From the NCBI RefSeq assembly GCF_009914755.1, contig NC_060930.1: 64,000 bases of DNA; one strand, written 5' to 3'. This DNA comes from the human T2T-CHM13v2.0 reference genome, Homo sapiens. The notes beneath the pieces are model-generated. The model was not told where the DNA came from. It worked only from the letters and a program-made list of their open reading frames with translations, and did not search any database. Positions 13,305 to 27,270 of the stretch are shown here, piece after piece (positions within the stretch are counted from its first letter, which is position 1; every line of letters starts with the position of its first letter). The position numbers and the translations under genes were made by a program.

Positions 13305-14959
13305 TTCTACATCCAGGGCTCCAAAAAAATGCCATTATTAACTTTATGGGGAAGTGAGAATATAATCCAGAATAAAGTGCTAATAATGGATTTGGGAGAA
13401 AAAACACTTTTCCAGAGAGACCCAAGATTAGCTACATACTTGGAGAGTATTGAGTGCTCTGAGTTTCTTGGAATATTAGATGTTTTCCATACTTTACCTT
13501 TAATTTCACAATATTCTTCAAAGATAATTTTTTACCACCACTTCACAGATGAGACTTAGAGGAGACTTGCTCTAGGTCTTTAAGTAATGACAAAGCTGGA
13601 ATTAAACATATAAATCTGGTTTCCTTAAAGAATTGTCCATGATTATTTGAAAGAGAGATCAAGTATGTAATTGAAATTCATAATTACTATTATCATTCAG
13701 ATTTTTCTGGAGGTAGAAGAATCGTAATGCCCCAGAAATTCTATTTTCTAAAGCAACTTTCAATAGTAAGAAATACTGCACAAACATTGCTTTAGATATT
13801 GTTACATGCTTCACAAAACTAGCAAGGGTTTTGTGTTTGTGTGTGTGTGTTTGATTTTAAGGTTATGAAAACCAACACATCAAACACTTAGAAAAGACAT
13901 TCAAGTAGCAGATGAAGTATTCAAATCCAGGTCTATATGACTCTAGGGAAAAATATTTTATCCACCCTACTCTTGGACATTTTATAGGTTTATCCATAGG
14001 TATCCCTAGAGCTCAGAGTCCAGCAGAAATAATTTACTCCATGAGGACCAATGAATGTATCTTGTGCCAGAATTCCACTCTAGTGAGTCATCTTAAATTG
14101 TAACTGTGGTATCTGACATGCTAAAGGGTTTATTGTCCCCCTTCTACCAATTAATATGAAGACTTTTCATTCTCTATAAGGTCCTTTACAGTTTTTCATG
14201 TGCCTGCGAGCCCACATCCCCATCTGAAGGAAACTGCCCACTCACAGGCCCTACCCTTTGCTCAGCTGATTGAAAGGGATGTGCATCTGACTCAAGAGTC
14301 ACCAATCCATAAGCTTTGCAGTGACCTCCTACATTGGATTCTGACAAGCCAGGCCAATCACATTTCTTATTTAAAAATGCACTACAGAACCAAGAAAAGA
14401 TGCAAGATATCAACAAGGACAGAGAGAGAGTACCATACGAAATGCTGACATGGCATAGGCCTAAGGTTGGAGCCCTGGACTCCATTTGTAGATAGTTTGT
14501 AGAGGGACAAACTATCTAGAATGAAACTCTAACCAGGGAATTACATGATTGAACACTCTAGGTATAAAAGATTGCACATTTTATGTTCTCCATTGCATAC
14601 TTTCAAAGCACTCCATGAGATTCTTACCATATTTAAAAGGAAATGAGTTTCAAAAGCCACATGGAAGCTAAGTGTGGCTTCCGCATGTTTTCTCCACTGG
14701 CATCCTTTAAGAATTTCTGTTAAATTAATACAGAAATTAATGGTAACAAGCACATAGAGTTATTAATAATGTTTACTTTTAAGTGATGAAAACTTTCTAA
14801 AAGTAGGAAAAAACACTTTATTTATGTTTCCAATGTCTTATAATTTGTGAGTAATTTTTAAGTATTACATACATTTTAAATAATATATTAATGCACTTGC
14901 TTTGCCAGTCTCTGATTCTCTGCACGAATTCAAGGTTAAAACTCACAGTGCTGATTTAC

Positions 14960-15200
14960 TCCCAATTGTGGTATAGAGGAAAGCCATAGACTCTGGAGTC
15001 AGTCCTGGGTTCAAATCATGATGCTAATACTTATTAAATATATGATGGCTGATGAAGAACATACACTCTGGGCAATATTTCACTCCTCTATATAAGATGA
15101 GCTATGTTAATGCATACTTTGCCTATTATCGTTGTCTGGGTTAAAGGAGATAAACCAGAAAGTGCTCTACAGAGTGCCTGGTCTGCCATAGTACTATGAA
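14960..15200 (+). mobile_element. MIR SINE
   Basis: 'tgtggtatagaggaaagccatagactctggagtcagtcctgggttcaaatc' is the MIR tRNA-derived head; ends 'aaagtgctctacagagtgcctgg'. Confidence 0.8.
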
Positions 15201-16575
15201 TAGTATAATGCTGTTTTGGTAACCTCATGTTTTATGATGAAATATTACTCCAATATATATATAAAACCTAGGGCTTAAACATCATTTTTATTATATATAG
15301 GCTCTGATTTTAGCTGTTATGAAAAAAGCAGGTCTTACATATGCTTAAGACATCAGCTGTCATACTTCTTCCTATATTCAGTGATTTATAAATCTGATAT
15401 ATAGAGTGAACATCAGTTAATAAACTCTTAGTATTTTCCTAGAGTGATATAGCAATGACCTTCAGAAATCAGTTTTAGAAATGTAGCATATTGTTAGAAA
15501 TCTGGTCAAAAGTTAACAAATTTAAAATTTCTACTATTGATTCAGGTTTCAGTCTCATAAAACCTATTATTTTTGTCTTCTTTAAGAACTCTGATCCGAC
15601 TTCCAGAACTTTACATTTTCATAACTTTCTCAAGAGTTTCCTATTCTTATGAAAAGAATGTGAGGTAAAATATATTTACACCCCACTTGGAAACTGGAAG
15701 CATGAGCGTCCAGTCTCATGTTCCCCAAACACAGCCAGGGGAAGCTGCTCTCACAACACTGTTAATGTTTCATTACCAAGACAGATGTGGGTGACAGCAG
15801 CATTCTCTTTGACAGTTCAAATGGTACATTGTTTGAGAAAGTGCTTAATGCAGAACTACAAGTGGACAGAGCTATCCAGACCTCTTCAGCACCCTTATTA
15901 TGGGTTTCATATTTTTTGCTGGTATTTCCCCCTTTTTTAATAGGTGAGGCCGCTGACAACTGAATTAGTACACTCTCCTTAGTATGCCAGTGGCTCATGA
16001 CAATAGCCTGAGGGGGAAGATATAGATAACTGAGAAGTTTTCTCAGTGTTGTGATATATTTTTTCATATGGTTAATAAGGCAATTGAAATGACATTCTGT
16101 CACAGTGGTATAAAGGCAGTGAGCTTGTGATGATTTCCCATATGCTACCACTAGGAGGAGATGCATTTTGTTCAGAAAAAAAAAAGAAGAAGAAGAAAAA
16201 GAAAAAGAAGAAAGGGATAAGATTAAAGATGTGGCAGTCTGCAAACTTGAATGTCTTTTAGTGTAATTAGACATCAGCAGCACCTAATACTAAACAGAGG
16301 GCAAGTCTGGGGCTGCTCTGGTGATGAAAACATTAAGTAGTATTAATAAATAAAACAAAAATTTGAAAAAAAGCAGTTTATCAAACAGCAATTAGAAGGC
16401 ACAAAGCTAAAAATATGTAACATATCCTTCTTAAACAATGTTATAATTTTTTTTTCTCTCCGTAAGTGGGATTTTATAGGCAGGACTATTTTCACATCTT
16501 CCTTTGCCCTCAATCTTCTTACTTTATAAGCCCCATCAGCTATTAAAATGTATCCACATTACACATTATACAGGG

Positions 16576-16603
<28 letters not shown>
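16576..16603 (+). repeat. (GT)n microsatellite
   Basis: ~14 GT units. Confidence 0.95.
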
Positions 16604-16608
<5 letters not shown>

Positions 16609-18844
16609 GTTATGAGCTAAGTTGTAGTTGACTAGTTGGGGTATTACATTTTTGAGACATTTAATTTAACATACATTTATAATAATTTTGATGTTTCCAT
16701 TTCCATTTTGGAGCCAACATTTTTTCTTCTTTGTCCTTCATATTCTTATTAGCCATTAAAATCTTGCAAGATTTTTATATATTGTAGATAAAACCACATC
16801 TTTGAGAAGCATACTTTTCAGTATGGGTCTGTCCAAATTCCAGAAGATAAGAATTCTGAACTGTGGTTAGAAAAATGTTTCTACTAGGTCTCATGATAAC
16901 GACTCAGGATATAATGTGAAGACTATATCATCAAGTATTAGTATCAGATAAATTTTTTAGTAATATGCTACAATATACTAACATAAATTAACATAGTATC
17001 AAATTTGCTACTTTGTTTAAAAATTTCTGTTGGAAAATGGTGAGCAGAAGTGAACTATTCATAGTTACTTATGTAAGCAGCTACCTAATGGAAGGAGGGT
17101 TAGGCAGACTTTGTTACCCACACGTGTTTAACTTTAGGCTTCTTGGTCTACTCACCTTTACCAAGTATTTTGCCTGATGAGTCTCTTCCAGACTTATGAA
17201 AATAGACATTTGTCATCTGCTGCTAATATGTCACATGTGCATCACTTTTGAAGTTTAATATTCTATGAGACAGACATCATTCTTTTTCAAAAGAATAGTA
17301 TTTTTCCCCATGTTGGGGAGAACCTCAAAACTCAGGAACAGAGATATAGCTCATAATGTTTACGGAACTTTTTAAACAACTTCATGATTTTCAGCTTGAC
17401 TCTAAAATTTAGTTTTGTATCATCTTCACTCCAAAGAGAGAAAACTAGACACTATGAGACAGGGTGAGTTGTCTAGCATAACACTATGAGATAGAATGAG
17501 TTATCCAGCATAACAGAGATAATGGTAATAATTTACACCTAAATTACATTGACATCCCAACTCTGCTTACTTTTCATTGGCTCACCATCTGTCCCTAAGC
17601 AGTCAGAGAAAAAAGGGATGCTTCCTATGTCTAACCAATTTGTCCTCTTATTCCTACTTCCCATTTTTCAATTTTATTGGTTTGTCCCCAAGATATAACA
17701 CAGCAGAGATGTCCTTGACCATTAAACTAAGCAAGTTAGGAGTCTTTCTGATTTCTGTAAGCAGTATATTAATGTGATCTAGAGAAACTTGAGCCTGGGT
17801 GAAGCCATTAGACTCACCCCAGGCACAGGAAAAGGCAGAATCATCCACAGTTCGATTTTTGGAAGCTTTGAGGGCTGTTCAAATGATGAGGTCAAAATAG
17901 TTCTTCATGAATGTCAACATTTTGTGGGGACCTCAAACAATAATCACTTGAGGAAATGAGTAAAAAAAGGATAAAATTTTAAAGTAGTGAATAGTTCACT
18001 GATTAGTGAACTCAAATATTTATTACTGCCCAGTAGAAATAATTGGCATTTGTCCTAATTCCATGGAATTCCCATGAGTGACAAATAGACTTGCTACAAC
18101 AAGAGAACTAGATTCTTACCTTGGCTGTAAAAAGGGTGTCTACGTAAGGCAGTAATATTTTGGAAAAGTCCTAAATATGAGATCAAGTTGCTTAGCAAGA
18201 GCAGGTGCCAAATTGAAGGTCAGCAGTTCTGTTGTCATCATGAGTTTGGGAGGAATAGCTTGAACTGATATTTTAAGTCCCCAGATTTTTTTTTGACGGC
18301 TTACTCAATAGGGAGACAGTTTCCAAGGACTTTTAGCTGCATGACCCAAGATATGCATTTGCTCCGCTACATGGTTCAGGAGAGAGGAGATGGCAGGAGG
18401 CACAGGGATAATTACTAAGGGTCCCTCCCATGCCTCTCAAATGGAGTCAATTCTGCTTGCTCATAAACCTTCTGAAAGAGGAGTTTGTAGTACAGGAAAC
18501 ACATGCCTCAGATGACTCAGATATCTGGTAACATAATACATATCATCATAAAAGCAGGCTGGGAAAAATAATGCCAAAGTTAATAACTTTCAAAAGATAG
18601 AGAAAAATCATGTTCTTCCAATAAAATTGAATCATATGATCCAGGCAGAATATGTTTACTCTGTCGAATTGGGCTTATATATAGGTAACTTATGAAGAAA
18701 TTGCCTATAAACTTCATCTTTGGTAAACTGAACTAGAATAAATTTCAATTGTCTATCATTTTGCCACTGTTAGGACCAGAATCCCCTACTCACACTTCAG
18801 GGCCAGTGAAACATAAATTGAAAGAGAGCTACCATTAGCTCTCT

Positions 18845-18963
18845 TAAAAAATATTTTAGCTTCAGGGGTACATATGCAGGTTTGTTATGTAGGTAAATTC
18901 AAGCCATGGGGTTTGTTTTACAGATTATTTTGTCACCTAGATACTAGGCCTAGTACCCAATAG
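18845..18963 (-). mobile_element. Severely 5'-truncated old L1PA (L1PA13-15-like) 3' end
   Basis: 'ttcaggggtacatatgcaggtttgttatgtaggtaaa...cctagtacccaatag'; possible TSD tagct(c/t)tct at 18836-18844 and 18961-18969. Confidence 0.8.
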
Positions 18964-19371
18964 CTTTCTAAGGCATGGAGTTTTCTAACACTGGAGTTTT
19001 CTACAAATCAAGGGCCAGAACTGCTTTCACATTAGGGAGGCCTGGAGTTCCACAAAGGAGAGGATGGCAGGTACAAAATATTGGAAATAAGATGAGCTGA
19101 CGTAGATCATAGGAACTGAACAAAAAATGGAAAAAGTGACAGTCATGTTCCATCATTTTGAAAAGAATAGCTATGACCTCTGACAGAGTCTGATACGCTT
19201 TTCTGAGAGTTTGAACAATACCTAGGTGAGTTATCACTTCCCAGTTGCCAGTCTGAGGAGGTACTGACAATACCATTGTGGTGTTCTCAGTTAAAGGAAT
19301 ACAAACAGGCAAACAACACTCCTAGCATGATATTCTTAAAGATAATTTGCCATAACTTTTCTCCCTCCCAG

Positions 19372-19452
19372 GACAGCAATGGACATTAGTTTAAGAACCG
19401 CATGTAGTATTCCTTACTACCGTCAAATGTATTTATTTATAGATTCTTCTGG
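19372..19452 (+). other. Candidate spliced exon (81 nt)
   Basis: Acceptor 'cataacttttctccctcccag' and donor 'TGG|gtgagt'; one frame open; no transcript evidence available. Confidence 0.3.
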
Positions 19453-20276
19453 GTGAGTAAAGTAGAGATTAGGGCAGTTTTCTGTCTATTTCTCTTACAC
19501 AGTTTAGTTTCTGTGAAGGTCATGCAGACCTTGCTCGTGTCTAGCAATTTGGTACCTGTCTGGATGAGCATATGTGTGGGGCTTGAGAAGAAGACAGGAT
19601 ATTAGATTTCATAACATCTATTAACTGTGACAACCCCTTCAAAAGGGAGGAGATTCGAGTCTACATGTAAGTGTAGTCCAAGCATTTTGTGTCACTGGAA
19701 AATTGCTTCAACTCATTCCTATGACACAGTAACACCCAGCAATAGTAGCTGCCTTGGTAGTTAATGAAATAATCTCCATTTTATATAAAGTGATTGAGTT
19801 ACCACAGAAACTTAGCAACATTGCACACAAAACCAAGGATAAAATAAATGTCATCTGAGGAAACTGATGTGCAGAAAATAGTTGTATATTCTGTGCATAT
19901 TCAAGTACCATTAGGTATTTGATCAATTAGGACATATTTTTAATAAAATACTTAATATATATTTTTAAATACACATTAATTTGTTTAACTAACAAATAGA
20001 ATCTGAACAGCAGAAGAATACTCTGGTAATTTCATAAGATGAAGTTATAAAACTACTAATGAAATTTGAATGTATATTTAACTTGTATTTAATAAATATT
20101 ACTAAATTGATTAGTTTTTTCATGGCCTCTGAATGAATCAGAATATCCCATTTAGTGCTTCCTCTCTTCTTGTTATATGTTAAGTGACTATAAAGGAAGC
20201 CTTTGTGACTACTTTTTAGTACACTGATAATGCTCACCTGTTGCTCTCAAATTCCACTCCTAACCTCCATCCCCAC

Positions 20277-20639
20277 TGATACGGTTTGGCTGTGTCTCCA
20301 CCTAAATCTCATCTTGAATTGTAGCTCCCATAATTTCCACATGTTGTGGGAGGGACCCGGTGGGAGGTAATTGAATCATGGGGGTGGGTCTTTCCCCTGC
20401 TGTTCTCATGATAGTGAATAAGTCCCACAAAATCTGATGGTTTTATAAAAGTCAGTTCCCCTATACAAGCTCTCTTTGCCTGCCGCCATGTAAGACATGA
20501 CTTTGCTTCTCCTTCACCCTCCATCATGACTGTGAGGCTTCCCCAGCCCTGTGGAACTGTGAGTCCATTAAACCTCTTTTTCTTTATAAATTATGTCTCA
20601 GGTATGTCTTTATTAGCAGCATGAGAACAAACTAATGCA
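20277..20639 (+). mobile_element. THE1C-like solo LTR (ERVL-MaLR)
   Basis: Starts 'tgatacggtttggctgtgtc...aaatctcatcttgaattgtagctcccataat', ends 'agcagcatgagaacaaactaatgca'; TG...CA termini. Confidence 0.92.
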
Positions 20640-21682
20640 CTCATTCACCCCACCATGCCACTTAGCTGCACTGTGCTATTACTTAGTTAATTAACAGAAT
20701 ATCTATTTTCAACAGACGTTTTATTATGGCCACCACCACTCATTCCAAATATTCTAATGTTAATTTTTTCATCAGCTTATGAGGGTCAAAGTTTTGCTTT
20801 TAATGAATTCTATACATAAGCAGGAACCAACCTTCAATTTGAAGGTGGAAGATCTAAACCTAAAGGAATGAGATGTGGAAGGAGAAGGGGAGCTCTCAGG
20901 AGATTGAGTGCTGAGGGAAATTGCTCTGGATGGAATTACTTAGCAAGGGCTTATCTACCCTCCATTCCAGAGGACATCTGTAAAGGCAGAAGTCTCAGAG
21001 ACTTGTTCATTTTCTGTTTTCTCGGGAAACTCTGAACTGAATATCACAGAAGTTTGTAATGGTCTTAAGATCCTGCAGACCTGATTTCTGAAAATTGCCA
21101 ATCCATTTTCTTCTTCTAACAAGGATGCCTGAGGAAGTTATTTTCACTCTTAAGTTTTTCTTGAAAAAAGTAGAATTAGTTAGCTGTTAAAAACAAAATC
21201 ATTAAGTGTTCCATTGTTGTCTATAGAGTACATAACCTAAGGATAGAACAAATTCTTGCCCTCAAGGATCTTGCAATCTCTCTCAAAACACTGGCTGTGC
21301 ATTAGCATTTTTATAGTGCAATCATTCTGTGATGTTGTTGGAAATGCTTTATTTAAATGGGCACAACAGTTATATTTTATTCTAATGAAGACTCATTGGC
21401 ACTATGGATTAGCATTTGCCAGTGGGAAAGTGGCTATTAACCTTGATATATGTGAATGCACCCACATATAGGAGCCATGTCTCTAAATAGAGTACATTTT
21501 CTAAGGTAAAACATGGGGCTAGGGGAGTAGTGAGTGAGGAGAGATCATATACATGCTCTATTTAATATAGTTGGTATATTTGGAACTAGAGGAGAATGGA
21601 GAGGTGGTTCCAGACTCCAAATGTAGGTGAACCTAACAACTCTTGTTAAAATTCTGCTATCAGTATCAGAAAAAACAAGGTA

Positions 21683-21823
21683 GTTTTTTGTTTTGTTTTA
21701 ACTTTTATTTTAGGTTCAGTGGTACATATGCAGTTTGTTATATAGCTAAATTGTGTGGTGCAGGGGTTTGGTGTACAAATTATTTTGTCAACCAGGTAAT
21801 AAAACAGGGTATCCAATAGGTAA
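21683..21823 (-). mobile_element. 5'-truncated old L1PA (L1PA14-16-like) 3' end
   Basis: 'ttttaacttttattttaggttcagtggtacatatgcag...caggtaataaaacagggtatccaatagg'. Confidence 0.8.
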
Positions 21824-24696
21824 CCTACAAACACCTAGTCTTGTTTTTTAATTTTCAACTTATTATTAAATCCCAGATAAGAAAATACTGAGAGTCAATT
21901 GAGGTTAAGTAAATCTTACCTTGAAACATCCAGTTGTAAGTCATAAAGGTACTAACTCCTATGATGGTTTTTGATACTACTATTACTAGGTACAAGTTAT
22001 AGGATTATTAAAATGCATTAGGCATTTCTATGAGAGAGCCCATCTAATTCTCACAACTCTATAATAAGTATTAATATTCCCTAAGATTCCAAAACTTACA
22101 CCTGTGGGTCCAGGATTCTTTGTTAGTTTTGTCAAACTCAATATTTCTACTCTTTTTACTTTGTTATAAGGTTAATATCAGTCTTAATATCACTAGACTA
22201 TACCAACTCTCATACATACAAACAAAGTCACATATATGTGTACATATTAAAACCTCACAAATGTCAATGATACATATGCTACAGCCTCCACAAAAACATT
22301 TATTACCCACACACATTTGAAAATCAAGATTATGTATACTGTACAGAAATATCAAATCAGAAAGTAATAGAAGATTCCTTTCTCAAATATGCCGACTCTA
22401 AGACTTCATGTCTCCACAATTTATCCCAGATTTAGAAACAACAACAGCACTAGCACAAATCCACTTTGGAATACTATATTTCTATGCAAACCCTCCAATT
22501 CCCTTGGCACTACCTTCGGTTTCAGTGATGGAGTTCTTTTTGTTTGTTGTTTCTCTGCTTGTCTTTCTTATTTTTACTTGCTTTGATGTCTCTAATCCCA
22601 CTGATCCACGCAGGTGACCAAACTTTCATCCGTAATCTGTAGCATTCAAATTAAAGGAACAGTTTATAGATTCTAGGATTTTCTGAGCACCTCAAGTAAA
22701 TCCTTCCTAGGCCCCTCATGAATGGATAAAACCATGAGCAGAGGATGAAGCTAAATTGATCCCAATCAATGTACCACAAAGCATCAAATTGTATTCACTG
22801 CCAACCAACAAACAAATATAAATCTATTTCCCCCATTTTTAAAATAAATATATTTATTATGTTTTACTTTTATCCCAGTGCCACTTCATCAAAACTTAGA
22901 TTTTCCTAGCAGATATAAGATTAATAGAAGTAATGTGTCTTTCATTAGGTAATAAACAGCATTTACAATTGGACACACTTCAGCTTTTTGTTGCTCTCTT
23001 CAACTGCAGACTTCTGAAATGCTACGCTGGTCTGTGTTACATTAAGACCAAATATACCTTTTTCATAGAAAAATTCTATACCTCTTTAAAGAAAACATAT
23101 AGAATGGAGATAACTGAATTTATTTCCTAGTCACATTAAACAGAAAAGGTTAAGCTCCTACTGACAGGAAAGATGTATTTGCAAGTGATTAGTTATATTT
23201 CTATAATAGTACTTGTCTGTGTTCTTCCTTTGATGTTTAAGCAAAGCTCTTGAACACGCTGGGTTGTATGCTCTGATGTTGATTTATAGGTAGAACTGAA
23301 TTCCAAACACTAAGCCAGTAGGTAGGCTTTAATAAAAGGCACAGACTTTCTCCCTGCTGGTTAGTGTGTGACTAAGCTATGTTGTTCTAGGGCCTCAATC
23401 TGTCAAGACAGGTGTGCAATGAGGGAGTCCTTTGGCCTCAAAGACCTGAGCTATTCGCAGGGGCCACATTCTGCTGTATAGGATTGGAGGTTTTAAACCC
23501 TTAGAAAAAAAAAATAAGCTATGTTAAAAACAAACAAACAAAACAAAACTGTTTTCTGTTCAACAATGATATTGAAACCCTTTTTGTTAGAAGTTAAGGT
23601 ATACCTACGAGGGAGAAGATAAAGGTAATCAGGCAGTCAGTCATATGGCACATCAAATTCAGGCCAAGCAGTGTCAGTCCTAAAGCAAGAACATCAGAAG
23701 GAATGGTAGACCATCTTCCACAGGCTGTTTTATGCCTTGTCGACTGACAACTCTCAGTGAGTTGGAGGGTGGGGATCCAGGAATCATCGTGAGCAGCTCA
23801 ATAAAGCTATCTGGTTGGGCTACAAAAGGAGAAAAAATTAATGCAATAGAGATATTAGATTAAACAAAGAGAGGCATCCCCATCTGGCCAACCCCAGGGA
23901 TGTGTGAATTACTGAAGTCATAAAACGAGGGCATGTTTAACTCCTCAGTCTGCTGGTTTCGTGGTCTCAACACATGAAAGGTACAGAATCAAACAACCAC
24001 ACTATCACCTGAAGAGAGAAATGCAATTCACTATTCATTTTTGCCAGAAATGCTTTATTTCCACCCAGATATTTTGCAAATTGAAATTTCTACTTTACAT
24101 TCAGTTTATTTGGGGATTCTCTATCGGCAAACCCGGAAATACAAGAATGTAAGCTTTTCAAAGCCAGGGAATAGATTTTAAAAGCAAACAACAAACAATC
24201 TAGTAACACTAGCATGAATTTCTTTTGAAAAAGACATAAGATCTATGTTGTATAAAATATCTTAAAAATAGAAAATCTACAAAAAGCAATACCACTGGCC
24301 AAAGTTAACTACTTTTACATTTCTTTCCAAATTTGTTTCTATCATTTTCAAAGAAATATATCAACATGTACATGTGTAGATATTTGTGCATATGTGTATA
24401 AACTTGTGTTCACAAACACAGTATGTGTTCTGTTTTGTAATTTCATTTTTTCTACTTATATTTTAATTGTGAGTAATTAAAAATGCTTTTTAATTTTTTT
24501 ATTTCATAAAAAAGCATGTATAATTTCATTGTAGCAATGAAAGATGATCAACACCTGAAAGTTTATATTTTCTCCAAATATTTGTTATTGTAAACACGAT
24601 ATCTTGAATATAGTAGATTTAAATAAACATTTGCTTTCTCAATTAGTGAATACATGAAAATAGGCATTCTTAGTACATACTTTTCTCATTGCCCAA

Positions 24697-24770
24697 TATA
24701 TTTATATATATTTAATATTATATATATTTATTAATATTATTTAATATTATACATTAAATATATATTTAAT
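24697..24770. repeat. AT-rich low-complexity tract
   Basis: Almost exclusively A/T; includes perfect palindrome attaaatatatatttaat at 24753-24770. Confidence 0.85.
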
Positions 24771-25064
24771 CTTTCTCTTCAGGTGATGTAACACTAACAA
24801 TAGAGAATTATGAATCTAGACCCAAAATTCAAATTTTTCTTTGTTCTTAATTAGCTCTAAGCAGTTTATTCCAACTTGCATACTAACTCATAATTTTCTT
24901 ATAGGTGAATCTTAAGAGCAAGAAGAACTTGTATATAACCTTATCTTCACTCAAATAGGTTCAGAAATACTGTAAAAATCTAATGACCACCGAGTGCTCT
25001 AATAAAGACTTCGTAAAATTGATATTTGATACTTATCCATCTTGAATCAACACATCTTTGTATA

Positions 25065-26555
<1,491 letters not shown>

Positions 26556-26765
26556 TTTCTAGTGAAATGCATATCTAAATCTATTTTCTAATTGCATAAT
26601 TATGAAATAAAAGCATTTATTGTTTATTCCTACTGTTTTATATATCAACATTTATGACCATTTAGCCAAAATTCCCCTTGGTTATCTACACATGTGTTTT
26701 ATTCTTTATTAATTGATAATTTTTTTCTCTTCTTAGTCATTATTTTTTATTTGTATCCTCTAATC

Positions 26766-26957
26766 CAGGGGTCAATAAATTATGGCTCACAGGCCAAATA
26801 AGACCTGTATCCTACTGACTGTCAAGCAAAAAACGTTTTCTACATTTTTGAAGTGTTGTAACTTTAAAAGGGAATATGAAACACGTACCATATGTGGCCT
26901 ATAGATTATAAAATCTTCACTATTTGGCCCTTTATGGAAAAATAGTATTGACTCTTC
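26766..26957. mobile_element. MER58-family hAT-Charlie MITE
   Basis: 'caggggtcaataaattatggctcacaggccaaat' ... 'ttcactatttggccctttatggaaaaatagtattgactc'. Confidence 0.75.
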
Positions 26958-26989
26958 CTCTAATTCCACCAACAATCTAGGCTAACACT

Positions 26990-27270
26990 AGAATTTCCAA
27001 AGTGATTTGTGGAAACATCAGTTGACTGATATTAATGGTGTTGGCAGGAGAGGTACAGGTGTGGCATTCTGTAGTCAAATAAGTGTGGGAAACTCTATGT
27101 TAAACAAAGTTAACCAATTTTGTTATTGTAGTATGTTTTAATATTTTAGTATGATAACATGCATACTTACTTCTAAAAGTAAGAAGAATATACACCAAAA
27201 TGCTTTGTTTTTCAAGCTTACTTATATGAAAGCTTTGTTTAATATGACTAGTGTTCTATGAAAATTTGCT
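26990..27270. mobile_element. hAT-Charlie MER (MER112/MER119-like), degenerate
   Basis: 'gtagtcaaataagtgtgggaaactctatgttaaacaaagttaacc' resembles this family; subfamily uncertain. Confidence 0.45.

Noticed and set aside
13072-13425. Cys/Val-rich 117-aa ORF
   Set aside because: Translation of the (CA)n repeat.
15762-16283. 173-aa minus-strand ORF
   Set aside because: Non-ATG (GTG) start, crosses a low-complexity purine tract (poly-S/F), and has no recognisable domain or exon structure.
17449-17512. CRISPR-like 32-bp direct repeats
   Set aside because: Only two adjacent units with no spacer, in eukaryotic DNA; a simple tandem duplication.
20535-20552. PRDM9 hotspot motif in THE1 LTR
   Set aside because: Sequence is cttccccagccct, not CCTCCCTNNCCAC; the equivalent segment is deleted in the THE1D at ~52915.
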